Shown here: in pieces, positions 18,416 through 26,638 of the stretch | How positions within the stretch are numbered: position 1 is the stretch's first letter | Layout of the letters: every line of letters begins with the position of its first letter | NCBI GenBank assembly: GCA_046290225.1 | Contig: JBKAGE010000047.1 | Coordinates: forward strand, 27,006-91,005 | Direction: 5' to 3' | Length of the DNA stretch: 64,000 bases | Source of the DNA: Bradymonadia bacterium | Lineage (GTDB): Bacteria > Myxococcota_A > Bradymonadia > UBA7976 > UBA1532 | Position numbers and translations under genes: made by a program | Notes under the pieces: model-generated | What the model was told of the DNA's origin: nothing | Seen by the model: only the letters and a program-made list of their open reading frames with translations | The model's database searches: none

Positions 18416-19795
18416 ATGTTGGCTCGGGATTGGAACCGAATCAGACAGGCGGTGTCTCGGGGGTTTGCCGGTGAAGGCGGCGCCCATGAAGTCTCACAAC
18501 TGGCCTGGCCACTCGCGGTGGGCCTGATCTCCTACACATTGATGGGTGTCACCGACACCCTGCTCATGGCCCAGGTCGGCACGGTGCCCCTCGCCGGGGT
18601 GGGTCTGGGCTTCATCTTCAGTCTCTCGGCTGTCGCCTTCTTTCGAGGGCTGGTCTCTGGCGTACAGAGCGTCGTCGCTGGGGCTTTTGGTGACGACAAC
18701 ACACAACGGGTGCGAGAAGCCGGCAGCGCTTCGGTGTTGATCGGCGTGATCTCAGGTGTGCTGGCGTCATTGTTGTTGTGGCTGTTGCTGCCGGTCTTGC
18801 CGGCCATGGCCGATGGTGAGGGGGTGGCCGACGTCGCCTTCGATTACGCCAGCATCAGGGTGTACGGGCTGCCGTTCGCCGTGGTGGGCTTTTCGCTCGT
18901 GGCAGCGTTGCAGGGCCTCGGCGACACCCGGACCCGCATGTGGGTGAGCCTCGCGGGCAACGTGGTGAACATCGTGCTCGATCTGATCCTCATCTTCGGG
19001 TGGGGTCCGATCCCGCCCATGGGTGCCGAGGGCGCGGCATGGGCCACGGTCATCGGCTCGGGGGTCATGATGGCGCTGTACGCGTGGCGCTTCCGGGCTC
19101 GCTTCGGCCCCTGGATACGCCCCACGCGTGCTGTGATTCAGGACACGATCGCCCTGGGCCTGCCCTCGGGCGGCCAAGCAGTGTTGGAGATGTCGGCTTT
19201 CTCCGTGGTGCAGATCATCGTGGCCCACGCAGGCGCCGCACATCTGGCGGCGAGTCAGATCGCCCTCAACATCATCAGCCTGTCGTTCTTGCCGGGTTTC
19301 GGCATCGGTGAGGCCGGTGGGGTGTTGGTGAGTCGTTACTTGGGCGCCTCTCGACGGCCGGTGGCCATGCGGGCGATCTCGTCGGCACGATCGCTGGCTC
19401 TGGGCGTCATGGGCATCATGGCGTTGATCTTCCTCTTCGGGGGGCACTTCATCGTCAGCCAGTTCTCAGATGATCCAGAGGTGGTGTCCATCGCCGCTGA
19501 CTTGCTGATCCTTGCGGCGGCTTTCCAAATCTTCGACGCCTTGGCCATGGTGCACTTGTGTGCGTTGCGCGGCGCCGGAGATACCCGCTTCACCCTGGCC
19601 CTGGCCTCTTCGGTGTCGTGGGGCATCACCGTGCCCCTCACCTGGGCACTCGCGTTGTGGATGGGTTGGGGCGCTCCTGGTGCCTGGTTGGGCCTGACGC
19701 TGGAATTCGTCGTGGTCTCGTGGCTCTCAGCTGTGAGGCTCAGAGGTCTGGCTTCTGGACGGGTCGGTCGGGTGGATCTGCTGGTGGGCCGATAG
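18416..19795 (+). CDS. MATE-family efflux transporter
   Basis: LAWP...DTLLMAQVG, QGLGDTR, NIVLD.ILIFG..P.MGAEGAAWAT, LRGAGDT; about 12 TM segments. Confidence 0.93.
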   Translation: MLARDWNRIRQAVSRGFAGEGGAHEVSQLAWPLAVGLISYTLMGVTDTLLMAQVGTVPLAGVGLGFIFSLSAVAFFRGLVSGVQSVVAGAFGDDNTQRVREAGSASVLIGVISGVLASLLLWLLLPVLPAMADGEGVADVAFDYASIRVYGLPFAVVGFSLVAALQGLGDTRTRMWVSLAGNVVNIVLDLILIFGWGPIPPMGAEGAAWATVIGSGVMMALYAWRFRARFGPWIRPTRAVIQDTIALGLPSGGQAVLEMSAFSVVQIIVAHAGAAHLAASQIALNIISLSFLPGFGIGEAGGVLVSRYLGASRRPVAMRAISSARSLALGVMGIMALIFLFGGHFIVSQFSDDPEVVSIAADLLILAAAFQIFDALAMVHLCALRGAGDTRFTLALASSVSWGITVPLTWALALWMGWGAPGAWLGLTLEFVVVSWLSAVRLRGLASGRVGRVDLLVGR

Positions 19796-19806
19796 AAAGG
19801 CCTTCA

Positions 19807-19850
19807 GAGTGAGGGCGATGAGTGCTCTTCGCCCTCACTCATTTGATTGA
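19807..19850 (+). terminator. Intrinsic terminator-like hairpin after the MATE gene
   Basis: GAGTGAGGGCGA-N10-TCGCCCTCACTC, a perfect 12-bp stem followed by AT-rich ATTTGATT. Confidence 0.65.
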
Positions 19851-19985
19851 ATGCATCTATCAATTCATTTTTGAGAAGTAATTTAGGAACAGAAGATGTA
19901 ATTTGAAAAGACGAGGATGCGAGAACATTGCCTGTGGCACATATGACCTTTCATCATAATATGTGCCTTTGATGAGAGTGAATTG

Positions 19986-20873
19986 ATGATGTCATTTCGA
20001 CAGAACACACCATCTCCCACCCTCGACTCCTATGCCCCTGAAACAGTGGCCCGGCATCGACAGGCAGCGCTCGCTCTCCTTGCACGATTCACCCCCAACC
20101 TCACCCTTGAATCGATGGGTCGACTGTCCCATGCGGTCATCCAAGCCCTCGGCCCGCTCTCACTCAACCGCGACGTACTCACACGAGAGCTCGAACAGGC
20201 GGGGCGCTTCAAAGCCTTTGGCGGCCACGAGAAGAGCCGGGCGCACCTGAGCAAAACGCTCAACGAGGTGTATGCCGATCTGAGCTTTCAGCCACAGCTT
20301 GAGAGCATCCTGCCCACGCAGTATCCAGCCATGGCACCCGTGGGCGAGATCATCATCCGCCGCCATGGCGCTTACCGTCTCGCCAGCACTCAGACCCGCT
20401 TTGCAGGCGGTGATCTGGAGCGTGAGGGCTTGCTGAGCCTCGTGCAACATGCCGCACGCCATCGCCTCCCGCTCACCATGCCCGTAGTGACTCGATACAC
20501 AGGGAACCAGAACCGGCCCTCGTCCAAGGCGAGCCTCGCGGTGATGTATGCCCCAACCGAGAACCTTCCCCTGGGTATGCAGGGCAACATCAGCGTCTTT
20601 GTGGTGCCCCCGGCTCGGGTGGTGGCCATGGGTATGCGGGGTGACTCTCTCATGGAGGTGGCCCGTCGATGTGGCCCCTGGCTCGATCGCTGGTTTGAGC
20701 GCCATGCTGACCGCTATGTGGCCGACGGCCCGCTCCGGGTGCTCACCTACAACCCTTCTGTGAGCCGAGATCGACGCAGCCGTTACTTCGAGCTCGAGCG
20801 CCCGATCCGTCCTGCTGGAGAAGCCTCGGGCTTTGATCCTATGGACGAGATGAGCCTCGACGGGGTCTGGTGA
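19986..20873 (+). CDS. Hypothetical protein with a probable SOUL/GyrI-like effector-binding domain
   Basis: PVGEIIIRR..YRLA, LTMPV, VVAMGMRG and LRVLTYNP..YFELERPI pattern resembles SOUL heme-binding proteins. Preceded by an AT-rich promoter region. Confidence 0.5.
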   Translation: MMSFRQNTPSPTLDSYAPETVARHRQAALALLARFTPNLTLESMGRLSHAVIQALGPLSLNRDVLTRELEQAGRFKAFGGHEKSRAHLSKTLNEVYADLSFQPQLESILPTQYPAMAPVGEIIIRRHGAYRLASTQTRFAGGDLEREGLLSLVQHAARHRLPLTMPVVTRYTGNQNRPSSKASLAVMYAPTENLPLGMQGNISVFVVPPARVVAMGMRGDSLMEVARRCGPWLDRWFERHADRYVADGPLRVLTYNPSVSRDRRSRYFELERPIRPAGEASGFDPMDEMSLDGVW

Positions 20874-22002
20874 TCTCACACCGACTCGACCGCTTCAGCA
20901 CGAACTCGTCGATGATCCCCGGTGGCCTGACATTGCCCGTGAAGGTTCTGTGTGCTGTGAGGACGAGACGTTCGGGGCCAACATCCACCTGTACGAAATG
21001 GTGAGATCCCGAGAAGACTCGGCTGGCTCGCCCGTCAGCCTCGGCCACCTCTGAATCCACTTTGAACGACAACCCTGGTACCGGCACCGTGAAGGTCGCG
21101 GCGCCCCCAGTGACGACATAGAGGGTGCCCTCATCGTGACATCGCTCAGGACCCAGGCCACGGCTCCGGCAAAACCGCTCGTAGTCGTGATCATGGCCGC
21201 TCAGCACCAGATCAACGCCTCCCCGATCGATGAGGGGCACGATCTGCGCGTTGAGCCCACGCTCGTCGCTCCCATGGTTGCCCCGTGACCAGATGGGCCG
21301 ATGGGTGACCAGGATCCGCCACCGCTCAGCGGGTACGCTCAAGGCTGCTTTCAGTGCAGGCAACATCTCCTCGGTGGAGGCTTCGGTGTTCACCCCGATG
21401 ATCTCCACGGGGCCCCATCGCCATACGAAGACCGGCCGGGGATCGTATCCGAGGGCTTCATAGAGGCCGCCGCGATCGTGATTGCCCTTTACGGGGAGCA
21501 CAGGAGGCCACGGCGGCAGGCTCAACAACCACTGGCGCCACTCTTGGGGATCCCGCCCCCGCTTCACCAAATCTCCGGTGTTGATGACGAGATCGGGCTG
21601 GTGGCCCAGGGCCTCGCTCAAAATACCGCGCCAACCAGCGGAGGGACCCACGCCATTGACGGCGGCGCGACCATCACCGAGGGCGATGAGGCGCACGTGA
21701 GCACACGCATCATCGATCTGTGCAGGCACAGTGAAGTGCCGCGCCCCAACGCGCACATCGTGGGGCTGACGCCCATCGAGGCTCAACGGGCTTCGGCGTT
21801 GTTCAAGCCTCTGTCCATCGACGCTGACATCGCCTGTCCCCATCCACCTGATCTGCCATCGCTCCGGGCCATCTGGCAACGTGCGTACACCCCAGACTTG
21901 GGCATTGCCCCAGGCAGGCCACAGCATCATCGACCACCACCAGACCAGCCGGATGGTGATTTGACTGCGGGTGTGACACCCTCTGCGGCATTTTCCACCC
22001 AT
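20839..22002 (-). CDS. Purple-acid-phosphatase-like metallophosphoesterase (start uncertain)
   Basis: LGD, TGDLV, GNHD, THRP and SGHDHDYER motifs. Confidence 0.85.
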   Translation of the reverse strand: MGGKCRRGCHTRSQITIRLVWWWSMMLWPAWGNAQVWGVRTLPDGPERWQIRWMGTGDVSVDGQRLEQRRSPLSLDGRQPHDVRVGARHFTVPAQIDDACAHVRLIALGDGRAAVNGVGPSAGWRGILSEALGHQPDLVINTGDLVKRGRDPQEWRQWLLSLPPWPPVLPVKGNHDRGGLYEALGYDPRPVFVWRWGPVEIIGVNTEASTEEMLPALKAALSVPAERWRILVTHRPIWSRGNHGSDERGLNAQIVPLIDRGGVDLVLSGHDHDYERFCRSRGLGPERCHDEGTLYVVTGGAATFTVPVPGLSFKVDSEVAEADGRASRVFSGSHHFVQVDVGPERLVLTAHRTFTGNVRPPGIIDEFVLKRSSRCEITRPRRGSSRP

Positions 22003-22015
22003 ATGGAGCCCTGGG

Positions 22016-23530
22016 ATGGCGGAGCGAGACGAGGCGACCACGGCAGGCAGAGGCTTCCTGGTCATCACCGGCGCCAAGCTGTGGTTCATGGTGGGCGGGG
22101 CCCTCATCACCTTCGGGCTGCCCAAGCTGCTCGACGCCGCAGGGTATGGTCAATACACCGATCTGAACAACACCCTGAGCATCTTGAGCATGATGGTGAT
22201 CACCGGCGGACTGCAGGCGATCGCCAAGTTCGTCGCCGAGACACCTGAGGCCGCTGGTGGTGTGGCCCGGCAAGGGCTGAAGTTGATGGCCCTGGTGGGT
22301 GTGCTCGTCGGGGGCGGTGTCGCCCTCGCGGCCCCCTGGCTCGCAGAGTGGCGCAGTACGCCTGAGTTGACGATGGGCTATGTGGCCGCTGGTGGAGTGC
22401 TCTTCTGCTACAGCCTCTACACGGTCTTCATCGGCGTGCTCAACGGGCGAAAAGCCTTTACCCGACAGGCCCTCTTCGACGTGACCTTCACCACCTTGAA
22501 GGCGACCCTGATTCTGGGCTTCGCTGCAGCAGGCTTCGGGGTGCTGGGGGCCTTCTCGGGTTTTGCCCTGGCGGCGGCGTTGATCCTGGTGCTGGCGGTT
22601 CTGCGCGTGGGCCCCACCCTCGGGGATGGCCCCAAACAGCCCAAGCTGGTGTCCTTCGCGCTGCAGGTGATGCTCTACACCCTCGTGTTCAACCTCATCT
22701 TCAAGCTCGATGTGCTCTGGCTGAAGCCCACGGCCCTGGAGACGCTGGGCACGACCGACCTGGCCGACGCTCTGGTGGGCCGCTACGGCCTGGCGGTGCA
22801 GCTGAGTCGCCTGCCCTGGCAAGCGACGCTGGCGATTACCTTCGTGATCTTCCCCATGGTGAGCGCGGCGACGTTCCAGAACGATCTCGACCGCACCCGC
22901 CTCTACATCCGAGAGACATTGCGCTATGGCGCGCTGCTCGTGGCGGTGGCTTCGGTGGTGTTGTCGGCGCTCCCCGAGGTCTGGGTCTCGCTCTGGGGCC
23001 CAGATTATGCGCAAGCAGCGGTGGCCCTGGCCTGGACCGCCCCGGCGTACTTCCTGTTCAGCATCTTCAACCTCATCAACACGCTGCTGACTTCGGCAGG
23101 CCGCGCAGGCTGGGTGCTGGGCATCGGCTCGGTAACGGCTCTCGTGGCGACGGCACTGTATGGCCTCTTGCTGCCCATGGCTGCTGACGAGGAGGCCCTT
23201 CTGATGATGGCAGGGATGGCAACATCGGGGGCCTTCGTAGTGGGCCTCGCGCTGGGCGCAGGGGCGCTCTGGCGTTTGTACGGCTCGCCTTTTGTGGTGG
23301 GCACCTATGCCCGCGTGGTGCTCTGGGGTGGGGCGCTGGTGGTGGGCTGCCGCCTGCTGGTGCAAGCGCCCCTGGTGTCATGGCTGTCGAGCCACTCGGG
23401 TCTGTTGTCCGTCGCGGTCATTGGCGCCTCGGCGGTGGTGATCGCGGTGGTGTTCGTAGTGGGCTTGTGGGGACTGCGAGAGTTCAACGATGCGGATCGC
23501 GCACGCTTTCGGCGAGTGATTGGTCGGTGA
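22016..23530 (+). CDS. MOP-superfamily oligosaccharide flippase / polysaccharide export protein
   Basis: About 14 TM segments; AAGYGQY, LIFKLD..LK, VGRYG and IFPMVS patterns. Confidence 0.82.
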   Translation: MAERDEATTAGRGFLVITGAKLWFMVGGALITFGLPKLLDAAGYGQYTDLNNTLSILSMMVITGGLQAIAKFVAETPEAAGGVARQGLKLMALVGVLVGGGVALAAPWLAEWRSTPELTMGYVAAGGVLFCYSLYTVFIGVLNGRKAFTRQALFDVTFTTLKATLILGFAAAGFGVLGAFSGFALAAALILVLAVLRVGPTLGDGPKQPKLVSFALQVMLYTLVFNLIFKLDVLWLKPTALETLGTTDLADALVGRYGLAVQLSRLPWQATLAITFVIFPMVSAATFQNDLDRTRLYIRETLRYGALLVAVASVVLSALPEVWVSLWGPDYAQAAVALAWTAPAYFLFSIFNLINTLLTSAGRAGWVLGIGSVTALVATALYGLLLPMAADEEALLMMAGMATSGAFVVGLALGAGALWRLYGSPFVVGTYARVVLWGGALVVGCRLLVQAPLVSWLSSHSGLLSVAVIGASAVVIAVVFVVGLWGLREFNDADRARFRRVIGR

Positions 23531-23627
23531 GTTCTGGATCGCATTCTCCCACAAGCCATGAAGATGCAGGGCAAGGGTTGAGCTGGGCAGTCGCTGAGGT
23601 TGTGGCTGGGCCTTTGTAGGCAGTCAT

Positions 23628-23778
23628 CGCTTCGCTCTGCCTGCGTAGGCGCCGGGCCTTCGGCAGCCCTTCGGGCAACCTCGTCTGGCGCGTACACGTT
23701 CAGGCACCTGCTGACGCAGGCACCTTCCCGGGTAGGCAGGGTCGCTCAAGGCTTCGCCTTATTTGCTCGCTCCCCTGC
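23628..23778. repeat. REP-like cluster of small palindromes inside larger inverted repeats
   Basis: TGCCTGCGT/ACGCAGGCA (23638/23714); GCC-TTC-GGC, GCCC-TTC-GGGC, AAGGC-TTC-GCCTT; GCAGGG/CCCTGC. Similar architecture at 63802-63893. Confidence 0.55.
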
Positions 23779-23937
23779 GTAAAGAGCTTCTTCTGTCTCT
23801 TGTTGCTGAACCCCACCGGGATTTGACCTACCGCGAACCTGCAAGCCTCAGAGTGTGAACGTTGGGCGTAAGCCCTAACAACATTGGAAGTAGCCTGAAG
23901 TCACACCTCTCTCACCAAACGCCACGTAACGGCCCCT

Positions 23938-24103
23938 CGGAGGGGCGGAGGCCACGTGAGTGGTCGACTGGGTTGTGAGGTGTGGTGATTGGGTGGTGAT
24001 TCACCCGCAGGCGATGCCAAAGCATCGTCGAGGAGGGAAGCGCCGGCCAAGCGCCGCAGATCGCAGCACAGGCGGCCGCTCACGGGGCCGGAGCCCCGGA
24101 GCC
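23938..24103 (+). repeat. Dispersed structured non-coding element, copy A (after the ssb stop)
   Basis: Shares exact CGGAGGGGCGGAGGC and GCCGGAGCCCCGGAGCC plus a covarying hairpin with 51337-51516. Confidence 0.7.
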
Positions 24104-24107
24104 AAAC

Positions 24108-24644
24108 TCAGAACGGAATCGGATCGTCATCGAAGTCGTTGGAAGGGGGCGGGTTGTTCCGACCGCCACCACCACCGCCACGGTTGCCACCGCCGCCGTA
24201 GTTACCACCGCCGCCGCGACCACCGCCGCCACCGCCGCCGTAGTTACCACCGCCGCCGCGACCACCATCGCCGCCACCGCCGCCGTAGTTGCCGCCGCCA
24301 CCACCGCCGCCGTTGCCGCCGGAGAGGAAGACCACCTTGTTGGCCCGGACGTCCCAGGCGCGGCGGTTGATGCCCTCTTTGTCAGTGTATTCGCGGCTCT
24401 GCAGCCGACCCTCGATGTAGACCTGACGGCCCTTGCTCAAGTACTCCTTGCACAGCTCCGCCTGCTTGCCCCAGACGCTCACACTGTGCCACTCGGTCTT
24501 CTCTTGACGGTTGCCCTGCTTGTCAGTCCAGGACTCGCTTGTGGCGATCCGCAGACTGGCCACGGGGGTCTCGTCTTGCATGTAACGGACTTCGGGGTCC
24601 GCACCCAAATTGCCGACCAGAATCACCTTGTTTACACCGGCCAT
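24108..24644 (-). CDS. ssb: Single-stranded DNA-binding protein
   Basis: [25 protein letters not shown], Gly-rich linker, acidic tail DDDPIPF. Confidence 0.97.
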   Translation of the reverse strand: MAGVNKVILVGNLGADPEVRYMQDETPVASLRIATSESWTDKQGNRQEKTEWHSVSVWGKQAELCKEYLSKGRQVYIEGRLQSREYTDKEGINRRAWDVRANKVVFLSGGNGGGGGGGNYGGGGGDGGRGGGGNYGGGGGGGRGGGGNYGGGGNRGGGGGGRNNPPPSNDFDDDPIPF

Positions 24645-24895
24645 TCTATTTCTCCTTATTGCCTGGTCGCGCTCCATCGTCGTGACGAAGAGCAAGATTG
24701 CGCACGGAATTGCACCTGTCAATCCCGCGAAACAGCAAAAAAACATTTGGCTCATACTGCACGGATGTTGCGATGTTTTTACCAAGTAAAATCGACCTGC
24801 CCCCCTCTCGGAGGGGTAAATCGACCGTGGTAAAAAAGCCCGCCAGTGCGCCAATCATTGAAGTTTCTGGCCACTCAGCTAAATTGGCTCCCCGT

Positions 24896-26128
24896 ATGTC
24901 CCGCCCAGCGCCCATTCGCACCGTTGATCACCCGATCACCCCCGAGCAGATCGACGAAGACGCCGCCAAGGTGCTCCGTCGTCTCAACCAGTTCGGCCAC
25001 GAGGCCTTTCTCGTCGGTGGTGGCGTTCGTGATTTGATGCTCGGCATTCAGCCGAAAGACTACGACGTCGTCACCAGCGCCACGCCGAACGAGGTCCGAG
25101 ATCTGTTCAACAACTGCCGGCTCATCGGTCGGCGGTTCCGCCTCGCCCATATTCTGTTCAGCGGCGGCAAGATCATCGAGTGTGCCACCTTCAGGGCCAA
25201 GCCACCGGAGACCTCTCGGGGCGATCTGATCGTCGACGACAACGAGTTCGGCACCCCGGACACCGACGCTCAACGACGGGACTTCACCGTCAACGGCCTC
25301 TTCTATGATCAGCAGACCACCCAGGTGATCGACTACGTGGGTGGGCTGCACGATCTCGAGCGTCGTGTGTTGTGCACCATCGGCGAGCCTGCAGTTCGGT
25401 TCCGAGAAGACCCGGTGCGCATGCTCCGTGCCGTGAAGTTCATGGCCCGCCTCGATCTCGATCTCGACCCCGCCAACCGGGCAGCCATCGAATCTGAGCG
25501 TACCGAGCTCACCAAGTCGGCCATCCCCAGGCTGTACGAAGAGATCATCCGCATGCTCAAGGGTGGCGCAGCGGCGCGATCCTTCGAGTTGCTCGAAGAG
25601 CTGGGCTTGCTGGAGCTGATGCTGCCCGAGTTCTCAGGGTGGCTCCGGGGCAACCCTGGGGCCCCTGAAGCCCTCAAGCGCACACTCGGCGCACTCGATG
25701 ACGCGATCCGTCAAGGCGCCAGCGCCTCCAATGGCATGCTCATCACCGCGCTGTACTGGCCCATCTATCGCGATCTCGTGTCGCCCTACGCCGAGGGGGC
25801 CAACCCCAAGGCCATGGCCGAGATGGCCCAGATCCTCGTCTCCCCAGCAGCTGCGCGGCTGCGGATGCCTCGGCGCGACCTCTTCGCCGTCATCAACGCC
25901 CTCGAGCGTCAATACCGACATCATCAGGTGCTCAAGAAGAAGGGGCGCCGGGTCTCCTTCGTGCGGGAGCAATCCTTCCCCGAGTTCATCGGGTTGCTCC
26001 ATCTACGCACTGTGTCGGAGGGGCTGCCCCAAGAGCCTCTTCAGGCGTGGCAGGATCTCGCTCTGGAGCATCGACGCCCCGAGCAGCACCGCCCACGGCG
26101 TGGGCGACGGCGTCCTCGTCGACGCTGA
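24896..26128 (+). CDS. pcnB: Poly(A) polymerase I
   Basis: VGGGVRD..LG..PKDYD, PAP signature LIGRRFRLAHI, RRDFTVN, EDPVRMLRA, Arg-rich tail. Confidence 0.93.
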   Translation: MSRPAPIRTVDHPITPEQIDEDAAKVLRRLNQFGHEAFLVGGGVRDLMLGIQPKDYDVVTSATPNEVRDLFNNCRLIGRRFRLAHILFSGGKIIECATFRAKPPETSRGDLIVDDNEFGTPDTDAQRRDFTVNGLFYDQQTTQVIDYVGGLHDLERRVLCTIGEPAVRFREDPVRMLRAVKFMARLDLDLDPANRAAIESERTELTKSAIPRLYEEIIRMLKGGAAARSFELLEELGLLELMLPEFSGWLRGNPGAPEALKRTLGALDDAIRQGASASNGMLITALYWPIYRDLVSPYAEGANPKAMAEMAQILVSPAAARLRMPRRDLFAVINALERQYRHHQVLKKKGRRVSFVREQSFPEFIGLLHLRTVSEGLPQEPLQAWQDLALEHRRPEQHRPRRGRRRPRRR

Positions 26129-26170
26129 CTCACTGACTGCACATTCGAGCCTCAGGGGCTGGAGACATTC

Positions 26171-26638
26171 TCAGCCCAGATCGGCGAGGACCGTCGTGGC
26201 GTGGTCCACCACCGAGACGTCGGGGTAGACCTTGGCCACCACCTTGTCCTTGATCACGTAGGTGGTCCGGGCGATGCCCATGAAGGTGTGCCCCTGCCAG
26301 CTCTGCTGGCCCCACACGCCAAAGGCATCACAGAGGGTGTGCTCCGGATCCGCGATCAGCGGGAAGTTCAGGTTGAACTTGTCGCGGAAGGCCTGGTGGC
26401 TCTCCACCGAGTCGGCGCTGATCCCATAAATCACCACGCCCTTGTCGGTATAGGCCGAGAGGTTGTCTCGGAAGTCACACGACTCTTTGGTGCACCCGGG
26501 GGTGTCGTCCTTCGGATAGAAGTAGAGCACCACCGTACGATCAGCGAAGTCGTCGTCGGTCACGGTCTGGCCATGATCATCGAGCAACGAAAAAGAGGGC
26601 AGCGGATCACCAGGGCTCAACAGGCCACGCTCGGACAT
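26171..26638 (-). CDS. bcp: BCP/PrxQ thioredoxin-dependent peroxiredoxin (probable internal start within the fusion ORF)
   Basis: VVLYFYPKDDTPGCTKESCDFRD, GIARTTYVI; GAGGAG RBS 6 nt before ATG 26638. Confidence 0.88.
   Translation of the reverse strand: MSERGLLSPGDPLPSFSLLDDHGQTVTDDDFADRTVVLYFYPKDDTPGCTKESCDFRDNLSAYTDKGVVIYGISADSVESHQAFRDKFNLNFPLIADPEHTLCDAFGVWGQQSWQGHTFMGIARTTYVIKDKVVAKVYPDVSVVDHATTVLADLG

Noticed and set aside
24166..24320. (CCG/CCA)n repeats
   Set aside because: Encode the ordinary Gly-rich GGNYGGG linker of SSB.
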